From an uncultured Ignavibacteriaceae bacterium (GTDB lineage Bacteria; Bacteroidota; Ignavibacteria; Tepidaquicellales; Tepidaquicellaceae), in contig CAZVCC010000004.1 in assembly GCA_964626015.1 (NCBI GenBank), positions 27,599 through 91,598 on the forward strand: a stretch of 64,000 nt of DNA. Direction: 5' to 3'. The notes beneath the pieces were generated by a model, which was not told where the DNA came from, did no database searches, and worked only from the letters and a program-made list of their open reading frames with translations. Made by a program: the position numbers and the translations under genes. This document shows, in pieces, positions 28,815 to 39,084 of the stretch. The first letter of the stretch is position 1; each line of letters begins with the position of its first letter.

Positions 28815-29392
28815 TGCTCGATAAAGTACTTTCAGCTAAATATATACTTGCATCAAAATCTCCTCGAAGAAGACATCTCTTGAAGCAGTTAGGTTTTGAT
28901 TTTCAGGTTGTTGAATCAAACGCTAAGGAAGTCTCAGGTAAGATACCTCATATATCAGTTAGAACAAATGCCCAGAGGAAATCCCGGACTGTTGCACATA
29001 ATCACAAAGATAGAATTATTATCAGTGCAGACACAGTAGTGTATCTCAATAAAAGAATTCTAAACAAACCCCGAAACCTAAAAGAAGCAGCTAAGTACCT
29101 GAAGATGCTTAGCGGAAAGAAGCATATAGTATATACGGGTGTGAATGTTGTTAATAATATTACCGGTAAAGAGAAGTACGGGCATGAGAAAACGACAGTA
29201 GAATTCAGGAAACTAACAGATGAGGAAATAAATTACTACGTAAACAAATTCAAGCCGCTTGATAAAGCAGGTGCTTACGGAATACAGGACGATTTTGGAT
29301 GCCTCTTCATTGCAAAGATAACAGGGGATTATTATAATGTTGTAGGTCTACCGCTTGTAAAACTGTATAATCTTATTCAAGCAACTTTTTAA
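28814..29392 (+). CDS. maf: Maf-family nucleoside triphosphate pyrophosphatase
   Basis: ILASKSPRRRHLL, ISADTVV and KAGAYGIQD. The start overlaps the proS stop (TAATG). Confidence 0.9.
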   Translation: MLDKVLSAKYILASKSPRRRHLLKQLGFDFQVVESNAKEVSGKIPHISVRTNAQRKSRTVAHNHKDRIIISADTVVYLNKRILNKPRNLKEAAKYLKMLSGKKHIVYTGVNVVNNITGKEKYGHEKTTVEFRKLTDEEINYYVNKFKPLDKAGAYGIQDDFGCLFIAKITGDYYNVVGLPLVKLYNLIQATF

Positions 29393-30361
29393 ATGTTTAA
29401 AAAGTATAAGAGGAAAATATTATTATCTGTTTCACTCGGTGCGATTATTTTTCTCGCCTTCAGTATATATGCAGACTTCGGAAACCTTATGATAGCCTTC
29501 TCAAAGTTTTCATGGATTTGGTTTCCTGTGGTACTTGCACTTTCATTCGGGAATTATCTCGTTCGATTTGCAAAATGGCAGTATTATCTTCATATTTTGA
29601 ACATTAAACTCAAACCATCAAAATCCTTTCTGATATTTATAGGTTCATTTATTATGAGTGTTACACCCGGAAAGATGGGCGAAGTCCTAAAATCTTTTTT
29701 GCTTAAGGAGGAAACAAATACACCTGTTAGCGTATCAGCACCGATAATACTCGCTGAAAGAATAACCGATTTTCTTTCTATAGTTATGTTATGCTCCATA
29801 GGTGCAGTGGTATTTGGATACGGAATTGAAATTATATTAGCAACAGGTATCGGGTTTATTCTCCTTACACTTATTTTAAGCTCTAAAAATTTATCTCATA
29901 AGATTATAAACTTTTTGACAAGAATTAAGTATACAGCAAAGCATACAGATAAGATTTATTCGGCTTATGATAGCATTTATGAACTAGTTAAAATAAAACC
30001 TTTAGTATTAATGGTAATTGCTAGTACAGTAGCATGGTTTCTGGAATGCTTAGGGTTTTACACAGTTCTAAAAGTCTTTTCAAGTGTTTCAAATATTGAT
30101 GTTAGCTTACTTTCTGCTACCTTTATATATGGGTTCTCAACATTAGTAGGTGCTATTGCAATGCTTCCGGGTGGATTAGGAGCAACAGAAGCTTCTCTAA
30201 CAGGGTTGCTACTTCTTCTGAAAATTCCAAAAGATATCTCGGTAGCTTCCACTATTATTATTAGGGTTGCTACTTTATGGTTTGCAGTTATACTTGGAGT
30301 TTTTGCCATACAGATACTTAACCGAAAAGCAAAAATTGATTTTGAGAGATTAGACAGGTGA
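29393..30361 (+). CDS. Lysylphosphatidylglycerol-synthase-TM-region (UPF0104, flippase-like) family membrane protein
   Basis: About 8 TM segments, with PGKMGEVLK, AERITDF and LPGGLGATEASL motifs. Confidence 0.75.
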   Translation: MFKKYKRKILLSVSLGAIIFLAFSIYADFGNLMIAFSKFSWIWFPVVLALSFGNYLVRFAKWQYYLHILNIKLKPSKSFLIFIGSFIMSVTPGKMGEVLKSFLLKEETNTPVSVSAPIILAERITDFLSIVMLCSIGAVVFGYGIEIILATGIGFILLTLILSSKNLSHKIINFLTRIKYTAKHTDKIYSAYDSIYELVKIKPLVLMVIASTVAWFLECLGFYTVLKVFSSVSNIDVSLLSATFIYGFSTLVGAIAMLPGGLGATEASLTGLLLLLKIPKDISVASTIIIRVATLWFAVILGVFAIQILNRKAKIDFERLDR

Positions 30362-30433
30362 AAGTAAAATCGAAATGGATCAATTAAAAATTTATTATAT
30401 TAATTGTTTTTAACCAAAATTAAAAAATAGAAT

Positions 30434-31351
30434 TTGAAAGTATTTACTAAACGCTTAATTCAAAACATTCTATCGAGAATTCCTTTAGGTGAAAGAATAA
30501 ACCTTTGGATGCAAATGAATGTTACAAAGGGACTTCCTGTAAACGATGAAGGTCTTGAGTCGAAAATCGAAGCTGCTAAAATTCATATCTCGAACTACTT
30601 ATCTTACAACAAAGATAAAAACACTGACTTATCAAAAATATCTTCTTTCGAATTCGGGGCAGGATATGATCTCATAGTACCACTAATATTTAGTTTTATG
30701 AAAATTAAGAAAATATACTGTGTAGACATAAAGTATAAAATATCTGCATTTCTTATAAATGATATCATTGAAAGATTAAAGATAAACAGTGAATTCATGT
30801 ACCTTATTAGTGAATCAAAATTGAATTCGGAAATTACTCCATCAAATTTAACAAAAATACTGGAAGAAAAATATAACATATTTTATAAAGCCCCAATGGA
30901 TGCTGCTTCTACAAATCTTCCAGATGAATCTATTGATCTTATAGTCTCAAACGCAACCCTTGAACACATACCCAAAGATTCAATAAAGGAAATATTAAAA
31001 GAATCATACCGGATTTTAAAACCAACCGGGATTTTATCCCATGCAATAGATTACAAAGACCATTGGGCATATATTGACAGTAATTTATCATATTTTGATT
31101 TTTTACAGTATAGTGAAAAGAGTTGGAAATTTAAAAACCCAGACTTAAATTATCAGAACAGATTAAGACATAGTGACTATAAAGAACTTTTTTTATCAGC
31201 AGGTTTTATTATACAACATGAAGAACCAAATTATCCTTCTGAAAAAGACATTGAAGGATTGAGAAATCTAAAACTAAATGAAGTGTTCCGGTCTAAATAT
31301 TCTTTTGAAGAATTATCAATTCTAAGTAGCTTTTTTGTTCTCACTAAATAG
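30434..31351 (+). CDS. Class I SAM-dependent methyltransferase
   Basis: DLIVSNATLEHIPKDSIKEILKESYRILKPTGIL. The TTG start follows directly after an in-frame stop, and an alternative ATG lies at 30509. Confidence 0.7.
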   Translation: MKVFTKRLIQNILSRIPLGERINLWMQMNVTKGLPVNDEGLESKIEAAKIHISNYLSYNKDKNTDLSKISSFEFGAGYDLIVPLIFSFMKIKKIYCVDIKYKISAFLINDIIERLKINSEFMYLISESKLNSEITPSNLTKILEEKYNIFYKAPMDAASTNLPDESIDLIVSNATLEHIPKDSIKEILKESYRILKPTGILSHAIDYKDHWAYIDSNLSYFDFLQYSEKSWKFKNPDLNYQNRLRHSDYKELFLSAGFIIQHEEPNYPSEKDIEGLRNLKLNEVFRSKYSFEELSILSSFFVLTK

Positions 31352-31573
31352 AATAAGATATAAATATTGCCTCAATAGCCTATAAATTTATTCTTCAAAT
31401 TTTATACAAATGTAATTATTTAATATAGCAACAACTGATTTTTATAATTTCTTATATTAAGTTAAAATTTAAAGTATCATTTTTGTATGTATTTGTATTG
31501 AAACTTAGTACTCTTATTAACTTGAAGTAAAAAATTATAAAAACTATATTTAATATTGTAAAAAACTACAATT

Positions 31574-31975
31574 TTGGACAGAAAAATAAGAATTTTAATA
31601 GGAAAAGTAGGTTTAGATGGACATGATAGAGGTGCGAAAGTAATTGCTGCAGCTTTTCGAGACGCAGGATTTGAGGTTATTTATGCCGGTCTCAGGCAGA
31701 CTCCGGAATCAATGGTTGAGGCAGCACTACAAGAAGACGTTGATGCCATAGGAATCAGTATTTTAAGCGGAGCTCATATGACCATTTTCCCAAGAATCAA
31801 GAAATTAATGGATGAAAAGGGTGTAAGCGACATTCTTCTTTTCGGAGGTGGTATTATTCCTCAGAATGATATTGATGAACTGTACAATATGGGTATCGGA
31901 AAACTATTCACGCCAGGAGCTACAACAACAGAAACAGTTGAATATGTTAAAAACTGGGTAAAAGAAAACAGATAA
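31574..31975 (+). CDS. Cobalamin-binding domain protein (methylmalonyl-CoA mutase small subunit / C-terminal domain type)
   Basis: [28 protein letters not shown] (DxHxxG B12-binding motif) and SILSGAH. TTG start. Confidence 0.85.
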   Translation: MDRKIRILIGKVGLDGHDRGAKVIAAAFRDAGFEVIYAGLRQTPESMVEAALQEDVDAIGISILSGAHMTIFPRIKKLMDEKGVSDILLFGGGIIPQNDIDELYNMGIGKLFTPGATTTETVEYVKNWVKENR

Positions 31976-31988
31976 ATATAATCATTAA

Positions 31989-33392
31989 ATGGAACCTGTA
32001 AAATTTGGAACAGACGGATGGAGAGCCGTTATTGGTGATACTTATACATTTGAAAATGTAAGAAGAGTTTCTCTTGCAACAGCAAGAACATTCAAGAACC
32101 ATACCTATATTAAGAATGGTATTGTAATCGGATATGATACACGATTTCTGGGAAAAGAATTTGCACACGCTGCAGCTGAAATATTCGGTAGTGAGGGTAT
32201 AAAAGTAATGATAACTGATTCATTCGTTACGACACCGACTGTATCACTGCTGTCAAGGGATTTTAATCTTGCTTACGGTGTGATGATTACTGCTTCTCAT
32301 AACCCGTTTAAGTACAATGGATTTAAGCTTAAAGATTCATTTGGCGGTTCAATGAACCCCGACGAACTTGTGAAAGTTGAAGCAGAGCTTAAGAATATAA
32401 AAACTGTTGAGGGATATAAAAGTTTTAATGAATTGCTGAAAGACGGAACCGTAAAATACTTCGACGGCAGACATTATTACATTGATAATCTTAATAAAAA
32501 AATTGACATAAATACTATAAATAAAGCAAATATCAAAGTGCTTTATGAAGCCATGTATGGTGCGGGACAAAATACTATTAATGAATTGATTGAGGTTGAT
32601 CAGCTACATTCGGAAGTAAATCCTTTTTTCGAAGGGGGTGCTCCGGAGCCGGTAGAAAAAAACCTTTCTTTAGCTTGTCATACAACAAAAGAAGGCGGTT
32701 ATGATATTTGTATCGTGACCGACGGAGATGCAGACAGGATAGCAATAATTGATGAGAACGGAGATTTCCTTGATGCACAAAAGACGTTTGCGTTGCTCCT
32801 AAAATATCTTCACAAAACCAGAGGACTTAACGGTATAGTTGTAAGAGGTTTTTCAGCATCTGAATTAATTAAGGAATACTGCGAAAAGTATAATTTGGCT
32901 TTAGAAACTGTTCCTGTAGGGTTTAAGCATATTTCCAAACGCATGATTGAAGCTGATGTTTTAATTGGTGCCGAGGAAAGCGGAGGAATAGGAATAAAAG
33001 GTCATCTGCCAGAAAGGGATGGACTTTTTAATGGTTTATTGTACCTTGAAATGCTTGCACATACAGGGAAAAGTATATCTGAACTAAAAACCGAACTCGA
33101 CGATGAATTCGGAAAGTATTACTACAAAAGAATAGATGTGCATACTACAGAAGAATTGAAGAACATGACTCTTGAATCATGCAAAAAATTAAAATCAGGG
33201 GATATAATAGGAGGCAAGGAAATTATATTAATTGACCCTCTTGACGGTTACAAATGTTTCTTCGGTAATGGGTGGGTTATAATTCGTGCATCAGGTACAG
33301 AACCTTTACTTAGATTCTATTGCGAGACAAAGGGCAACGATGAAACGATTGAAATATTGAACAAAACAATCAAAAACTTTAATTTACAATAG
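31989..33392 (+). CDS. Phosphoglucomutase/phosphomannomutase family protein
   Basis: TASHNP phosphoserine loop, DGDADR metal site and GAEESGG sugar loop. Confidence 0.9.
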   Translation: MEPVKFGTDGWRAVIGDTYTFENVRRVSLATARTFKNHTYIKNGIVIGYDTRFLGKEFAHAAAEIFGSEGIKVMITDSFVTTPTVSLLSRDFNLAYGVMITASHNPFKYNGFKLKDSFGGSMNPDELVKVEAELKNIKTVEGYKSFNELLKDGTVKYFDGRHYYIDNLNKKIDINTINKANIKVLYEAMYGAGQNTINELIEVDQLHSEVNPFFEGGAPEPVEKNLSLACHTTKEGGYDICIVTDGDADRIAIIDENGDFLDAQKTFALLLKYLHKTRGLNGIVVRGFSASELIKEYCEKYNLALETVPVGFKHISKRMIEADVLIGAEESGGIGIKGHLPERDGLFNGLLYLEMLAHTGKSISELKTELDDEFGKYYYKRIDVHTTEELKNMTLESCKKLKSGDIIGGKEIILIDPLDGYKCFFGNGWVIIRASGTEPLLRFYCETKGNDETIEILNKTIKNFNLQ

Positions 33393-33396
33393 GTTA

Positions 33397-35127
33397 ATGA
33401 CAAACAAGTTTTTCTTGAGCTTTTTTATGGTGTTTTTTTCTGCTAGCATTATTTTTTCACAGAATAATACAACAAATCAGCAGACAACTATTCAGAACCA
33501 GCAGCAACAAATGCAGCAAATGGGTATGCAAACTAACAACAATTTGAGAATTAACTCGGATGCTTCGGATATTTTAGGTTCACTGAATCAACAGCAAATA
33601 CAGAGTTCTCAGTTTAAAACTGTTGTAGTTGATAAAGCAGTAGATCCGAATAAATACATGGTAGGCCCTAATGATGTTTTTTCACTTGGAATATATGGCT
33701 ATCTGAATCAGCAGATTCCTATAATCGTAAATGTTGAAGGGACTGTGTTGATACCGACTGTAGGGGAGGTCAAAGTTGACGGACTAACTTTAAGTGATGC
33801 AAAAAGAAAGGTAATAAATGCAGTAAAAAAGAGATATTATACTAGTGATATTAGCTTTACACTGGTAACTCCGAAGTCGTTTCTAGTAACGGTTTCAAGT
33901 ATAGTTCAAAAAAAGATTGAAGTAAATTCAATGAACAGAGTAAGTGACTTGATAACTTATGTTTATTACGATACAGTTAATGTGCAGCGAGCTCAATATG
34001 ATTTTAGCAATAGGTCTGAATTCTTTTATCCTAGTATTTCTTTACGTAACATAGAAATAATTCACAAAGATGGCAGCATATCAAATGTTGACCTTTATAG
34101 ATATTTCTTTTCGAATGAAGATAAATACAATCCGTATTTACAGGAGGGAGATTTTGTCAAAGTACCATTAGGATTTCTGTATAAAAATTATGTAACCATC
34201 AGTGGGGCTGTCCAACTTCCCGGGGTGTATGAGTATAACAAATCGGATGATCTTGAGGCTATTATCGGATTAGGTAGAGGCTTTGATTTTAAAGCCGCTA
34301 CGGACAGCATTATTGTTTACAGGACAAACGTTGACACAAAAGAATTTGAAATATTCTATTTAGATTATGATAAGGATAAGAAATTCAAAATTAGCGAATA
34401 TGACAGACTTTTTGTTAAGTATAAAACTGATTATATCAGAAACTTTAGTGTTACAGTACTAGGTGAAGTAAACGTTCCTGGAGTTTATCCAATACTTGAA
34501 AAAAGTACTAGACTAAAGGATGTAATTGAGATTGCGGGAGGGATGAAGAAAACCGCTTATTTACCCTTAAGTATACTGTTCAGAAGATATGATGAGGAAT
34601 ATAATGAAAAAGATACTTTTGAGGTCATGATTAATATGAGAGCAAACGACCTTATAGTTAATGAGAAAGATAAACTAAACTTTGAAAGGGATGTACGATC
34701 AAGAAGAAACAGAGTTACAGTTGATTTTGAGAAACTTTACAATGAAAATGATACATCGCAGAATATAATACTTGAAGACAAAGATGTTGTTTATATTAAT
34801 GACAACAAGAATGTCGTTTACGTTTACGGACAAGTGGGGAGTGAAGGATTTGTTCCTTTTAAAGAAGGAGCCGATTATGAGTATTATATTGAAAAAGCAG
34901 GGGGTTATTCGCTTGCAGCAGATGAAAGCAATACAAGGATTATTAAATTCAGCACAAGAGGCTGGTTTAAACCAGAAGATACAAAGGTAGGTTCAGGTGA
35001 TTTTATTTATGTACCTAAAGAAACACCTGCAGAATTTAAAGAAAGTTTGACTATTGTCGCAACTATGATTGGTGTAGTTGCAAGTATTTTAACAACTTAT
35101 TTGCTGATTGTACAGCAAAACAAATAG
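33397..35127 (+). CDS. Polysaccharide export protein (Wza-like, Poly_export plus SLBB domains) with a Q/N-rich N-terminal region
   Basis: VGPNDVFSLGIYG...VEGTVLIPTVGEVKVDGLTL (Poly_export). Three SLBB-like segments (SGAVQLPGVYEY, VLGEVNVPGVYPI, VYGQVGSEGFVPF). A C-terminal TM helix. Confidence 0.85.
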   Translation: MTNKFFLSFFMVFFSASIIFSQNNTTNQQTTIQNQQQQMQQMGMQTNNNLRINSDASDILGSLNQQQIQSSQFKTVVVDKAVDPNKYMVGPNDVFSLGIYGYLNQQIPIIVNVEGTVLIPTVGEVKVDGLTLSDAKRKVINAVKKRYYTSDISFTLVTPKSFLVTVSSIVQKKIEVNSMNRVSDLITYVYYDTVNVQRAQYDFSNRSEFFYPSISLRNIEIIHKDGSISNVDLYRYFFSNEDKYNPYLQEGDFVKVPLGFLYKNYVTISGAVQLPGVYEYNKSDDLEAIIGLGRGFDFKAATDSIIVYRTNVDTKEFEIFYLDYDKDKKFKISEYDRLFVKYKTDYIRNFSVTVLGEVNVPGVYPILEKSTRLKDVIEIAGGMKKTAYLPLSILFRRYDEEYNEKDTFEVMINMRANDLIVNEKDKLNFERDVRSRRNRVTVDFEKLYNENDTSQNIILEDKDVVYINDNKNVVYVYGQVGSEGFVPFKEGADYEYYIEKAGGYSLAADESNTRIIKFSTRGWFKPEDTKVGSGDFIYVPKETPAEFKESLTIVATMIGVVASILTTYLLIVQQNK

Positions 35128-35154
35128 TTAATATAACAAAAATTCCAAATTATA

Positions 35155-36306
35155 ATGTCAGAAAAAGCAGAAGAAAAAGGATCAGAGCTCAGCTTGGTAG
35201 ATTACCTGAATATATTTTATGAATACAAAAAATTTATTTTTTGGTTTACTATTGGATTTACGATTTTAACAATTTTTATGGTGTTTTTTGTTATGGATCC
35301 AATCTTTTATTCATACGCAACCGTGAAGACAACAAGTAAATCAGGGGATATTTCAAGCTTAATCGGGGGAGCCGGATTAACGGGAATGGATTTCGGAGAA
35401 CTTGCGGGCGGTGGTTCTGTTTATAAAGAACTTGCGCTTTATGATAACATTTTAACAAGCAGACGTGCACTTGAAGAGTTGATTATTAAGTTTCATATTA
35501 TTGAAGAAGAGAAGTTTAAATATATGTATGATGCTCTTAAATATGTAAGAGAAAATGTAATAGAGTTGAAGAAAGATAAGATTGCAGGTACAATGGAGAT
35601 TGGAGCATATGATAAAGATCCTAAAAAAGCAAAAGAAATCGTGGAATACTTAGTAAATACATTGAATAAGATTAATATTGAATTGAATGTGTTAAATGCT
35701 AAAAACAATAGGGAGTTTATTGAAACAAGATACAATCTCGCAAAAGAGGACTTAAAAAAATCAGAGGACAGTCTGAAAGAATTTCAGGATATTTATGGTG
35801 TGGCTCCTGATGCTCAAATAAAGGCAGCTTCGCAAATAGGCATTCAGTTAGAAGTTGAAATAAAGTCTGAAGAAGTCAAACTTGAAATTATGAAAAAAAT
35901 ACTTGCGCCAGACCAGCCGGAAATAAAGCAACAAAACGAAAAAATCAGTTTGCTAAAAGCCCAGCTTAACAAAATGAGAAGTGAAAGTTCTACAGATGAC
36001 CTCTTAACCTTAAAAGGTAAACCCGATGTTGCAATAAATTATCTGAGACTTGCGCGCAATATTGAAATACAAACAAAAATAGTTACGTTTCTTCTTCCGA
36101 TGTACGAGCAAGCCAAAATTGAAGAGAACAGGGAAACCCCCTCCGTGATTGTCTTGGATTATCCATTCGAGCCCGACAAAAAAGTAAAACCTAAAAGGTT
36201 AACTATAACTGTTGTCGTTTTTTTAATAGCGCTGCTTTCATCTGCTGGTATTTCAGTTATTTCGGAAAAATGGAAAATATACAGGGATTATCTGAAGACC
36301 AAATAA
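35155..36306 (+). CDS. Polysaccharide chain-length determinant (Wzz/GumC-like) without a kinase domain
   Basis: TM helices near both ends flank a long coiled-coil-like region. No Walker A motif was seen. Confidence 0.75.
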   Translation: MSEKAEEKGSELSLVDYLNIFYEYKKFIFWFTIGFTILTIFMVFFVMDPIFYSYATVKTTSKSGDISSLIGGAGLTGMDFGELAGGGSVYKELALYDNILTSRRALEELIIKFHIIEEEKFKYMYDALKYVRENVIELKKDKIAGTMEIGAYDKDPKKAKEIVEYLVNTLNKINIELNVLNAKNNREFIETRYNLAKEDLKKSEDSLKEFQDIYGVAPDAQIKAASQIGIQLEVEIKSEEVKLEIMKKILAPDQPEIKQQNEKISLLKAQLNKMRSESSTDDLLTLKGKPDVAINYLRLARNIEIQTKIVTFLLPMYEQAKIEENRETPSVIVLDYPFEPDKKVKPKRLTITVVVFLIALLSSAGISVISEKWKIYRDYLKTK

Positions 36307-36318
36307 TATGAAATAAAG

Positions 36319-37557
36319 TTGATTAAAGATTCATCAATAGCTGAACTTATTTGTTACTTATCTTTATTATTCAGTTTTCTTGCATTTTCCGGATTACCAT
36401 TTTCTGCGATTGCTTTAACTGCGATTTATTATATCCATATTATTCTTTTCTTAATTTTCTTAATAATAAAATGGGATTTTAATAGTATCATTAATTTCAA
36501 GTTTCAAAGATTTTCTTCTGAAAATGTAATACTGTTTCTTATCGGTTTGACAATGCTCCTCGGTGTTTTCTACTTCAATTTTAAAAGTAATAGTGACGTA
36601 AAAAGTATTATTAAGATATTTTCTTACTTCTCTGTGTTTCTTATGTTTGCAATTTATATCCCGCACATATTCTTTGATAATCCTAAAAAATTTGAAGTTT
36701 TGTTGAACGTTGTAGCTATATCTTCATTACTAAATGGATTGTACGGATGGTTTACGTTATTTGCTGGTCTTCAGCAAAATCCATTTTACCCAGGGTATCT
36801 TATGGGTTTTTTCAATCACCCGAATGCTTCGGGATTCTCATTCAGTTTAGCTGTACCCATTGTTGTATACAAAATGTTCATGAAAAAAGAAAACAGGATT
36901 TTGATGATTGGTCTGTTGGTTTTCTTTTTGATTTCGCTTCTATTTACATTTTCCCGTGCAGCATACATTGCAGCCGGTTTTTCACTTTTATTGCTTTCTT
37001 ATTTTAAATCAAGAAAAATTTTTCTCGTAATGCTGGGGATCTGTTTTGTTCTTGTCGTTACTATATTTGCTGATTTTGCTGCTTCAAAAGGAGGATTAAG
37101 TTCGCTCTCTAGATTGTTATTATTTGTAACTGCATATGACATGATAGTCGCTGATCCATTTCATTTCATGTGGGGTTATGGAGTCATAAACTTTTATGAT
37201 ACCTTTACAGCTGAAAAGATGTTTTTGGGTAGCCTTGAAGTTGTTGCGGATCCTCATAATTTTATACTTCTGCTAGGAATTCAGTTCGGGATGATATTGA
37301 CTACTTTCACTGTAATTTACATAGTAATAACTTTAATTAAATCCGCATTATCAATCAAGAAATTTCCTGTCAACTGCCATCACAGGGACTTAGTTATTTT
37401 TTGTTATTCTACTGTAATAAGTATTCTGATTCAGAATTTATTTGAGGACATTATTATATATCCAGAATACTTTTTAATGCCTCTGTTTTTTATATTTTAT
37501 GGATTTCTTGTTAAGAATTACAAGAACTTTTGTCATTTATCTAACATAAGCAAATAA
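36319..37557 (+). CDS. O-antigen polymerase/ligase family (Wzy-like) membrane protein
   Basis: Polytopic. FNHPNASGFSFSLAVPI and FTFSRAAYIA resemble the Wzy_C region. TTG start. Confidence 0.7.
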   Translation: MIKDSSIAELICYLSLLFSFLAFSGLPFSAIALTAIYYIHIILFLIFLIIKWDFNSIINFKFQRFSSENVILFLIGLTMLLGVFYFNFKSNSDVKSIIKIFSYFSVFLMFAIYIPHIFFDNPKKFEVLLNVVAISSLLNGLYGWFTLFAGLQQNPFYPGYLMGFFNHPNASGFSFSLAVPIVVYKMFMKKENRILMIGLLVFFLISLLFTFSRAAYIAAGFSLLLLSYFKSRKIFLVMLGICFVLVVTIFADFAASKGGLSSLSRLLLFVTAYDMIVADPFHFMWGYGVINFYDTFTAEKMFLGSLEVVADPHNFILLLGIQFGMILTTFTVIYIVITLIKSALSIKKFPVNCHHRDLVIFCYSTVISILIQNLFEDIIIYPEYFLMPLFFIFYGFLVKNYKNFCHLSNISK

Positions 37558-37629
37558 GCTATTTTAAAGTTAATAAAAATAAGTTCAAAACTTGGTTTAT
37601 CTGTAATAACGGGCACTGCAGCTTCAATA

Positions 37630-39033
37630 TTGCGAATAAAGCTATATGCTTTATTTTTAGGACCAATTGGTTTTGGAATAATATCACAACTTTACAATTT
37701 CTTTCTCCTTTTCACGTCTGTCCTTAATCTAGGTATTCCGGTTTCAACAACATCTGAAATCTCAAAACTTCATTCGGAAGGTACTAAAGAATCCGAAAAT
37801 AAGATTGCTTACTATTTCAGGTATATCACTATCAGAATTGTTTTATTTTCTGTGCTCCTTTCGTTCGGTGTTGTTTTACTATCGCGTTATATTTCGGAAT
37901 TTTTAGTGGACGACAGTGCATATTATTATTTCCTTGTAATAATATTTCTTTCAGCACCATTCACGATACTTTATTCCATTATGGAGGCGTTTCTAAGAAG
38001 TTTTAAGAGAATTGATACAATTGTTAATATAAGCGTAATTACAAATTTATTGACTGTAGCACTGCTTATTCCTTTAATATATTTCTTTAATGGTAAAGGT
38101 GTAAGTATCTATCTGCTTATTTTTGGGATTATGCCTATGGTCTTGTTTATTTTTTATGGCAGTGATATTATTAAAAAATACTCAAGAAAAAGCGATTACA
38201 CTCCATCCAAACAGGATAGGATGCTTATATTCAAGGTAGGTTTAATATCATTGCTATCTTCTCTTATACATCAGGGAATAATAATCTTAATCAGGAAAAT
38301 TCTAATAACTGAATATGGTTATGAGCAAAATGGACTGTACCAATCTGTTTTATCTGTATCCATTACTTATTTTAGCCTGATTTATATATTTTTAACTAAT
38401 TATTCATTGCCAAAACTATCGGAATGCAATGATAATAAAAAAATCAATACCGAGCTGAGTTATAATCTGAGATTTCTTTTACTGATTATTACTCCTATGA
38501 TGCTAATTTTCCTCGGTTACAGGGACATCCTGGTATCACTTTTATTCAGTAAGAATTTCGCTGATACTACAGATCTATTTATTCCGCAGTTTATAGGAGA
38601 TTTATTCAGAGTCTGGGCTGCTTTATTTGGACTTTGGCTTATTCCAAAGAGAAAAATCAAACAAATAATAACTATCGATATAATCTTTAACTCAATTCTA
38701 ATCTCAGCCGTATATTTATTTGTGGCTGTCCTAAACAAGCCCTTGGTTTATGTATCTTACGCATACGCAATTTCTTTTGGAATGCATTTCCTTATGTATT
38801 TTACATATACATCTGTAACTATAAATTTTAGGCTTAATAAGGTTATCTTTCTAACAATTTTATTCACTTTTGTATCAATAATTATTGTTTCTTATTTATC
38901 TGTTATAAACAAATATATTGCATATTATACAACTCCGGTAGTAATAATTATTTGGTTTCTACTTACCGTGAAGAAGGATGAATTTAGTAAAATAAAAAAT
39001 CTGATACTTGATTATGTTAATAATAGCAAATAA
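37630..39033 (+). CDS. Oligosaccharide flippase (Wzx, MOP superfamily). The true start is probably upstream, at a non-canonical codon.
   Basis: About 12 TM segments, with LFLGPIGFGIISQ near the N-terminus. The frame stays open upstream to 37558, where it encodes a plausible first TM segment (see findings). Confidence 0.75.
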   Translation: MRIKLYALFLGPIGFGIISQLYNFFLLFTSVLNLGIPVSTTSEISKLHSEGTKESENKIAYYFRYITIRIVLFSVLLSFGVVLLSRYISEFLVDDSAYYYFLVIIFLSAPFTILYSIMEAFLRSFKRIDTIVNISVITNLLTVALLIPLIYFFNGKGVSIYLLIFGIMPMVLFIFYGSDIIKKYSRKSDYTPSKQDRMLIFKVGLISLLSSLIHQGIIILIRKILITEYGYEQNGLYQSVLSVSITYFSLIYIFLTNYSLPKLSECNDNKKINTELSYNLRFLLLIITPMMLIFLGYRDILVSLLFSKNFADTTDLFIPQFIGDLFRVWAALFGLWLIPKRKIKQIITIDIIFNSILISAVYLFVAVLNKPLVYVSYAYAISFGMHFLMYFTYTSVTINFRLNKVIFLTILFTFVSIIIVSYLSVINKYIAYYTTPVVIIIWFLLTVKKDEFSKIKNLILDYVNNSK

Positions 39034-39084
39034 TGATACGATCGAATAAGTGGCACTAATTTTTAACCATATACATGTTACTAA

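Noticed and set aside
31574-31975. B12-binding mutase small subunit with no adjacent large subunit or MeaB, next to polysaccharide genes
   Set aside because: Split mutase subunits encoded at separate loci are common. An AT-rich promoter region precedes this gene, and nothing links it functionally to the downstream locus. I found no cobalamin riboswitch-like GC-rich core in 31352-31573.
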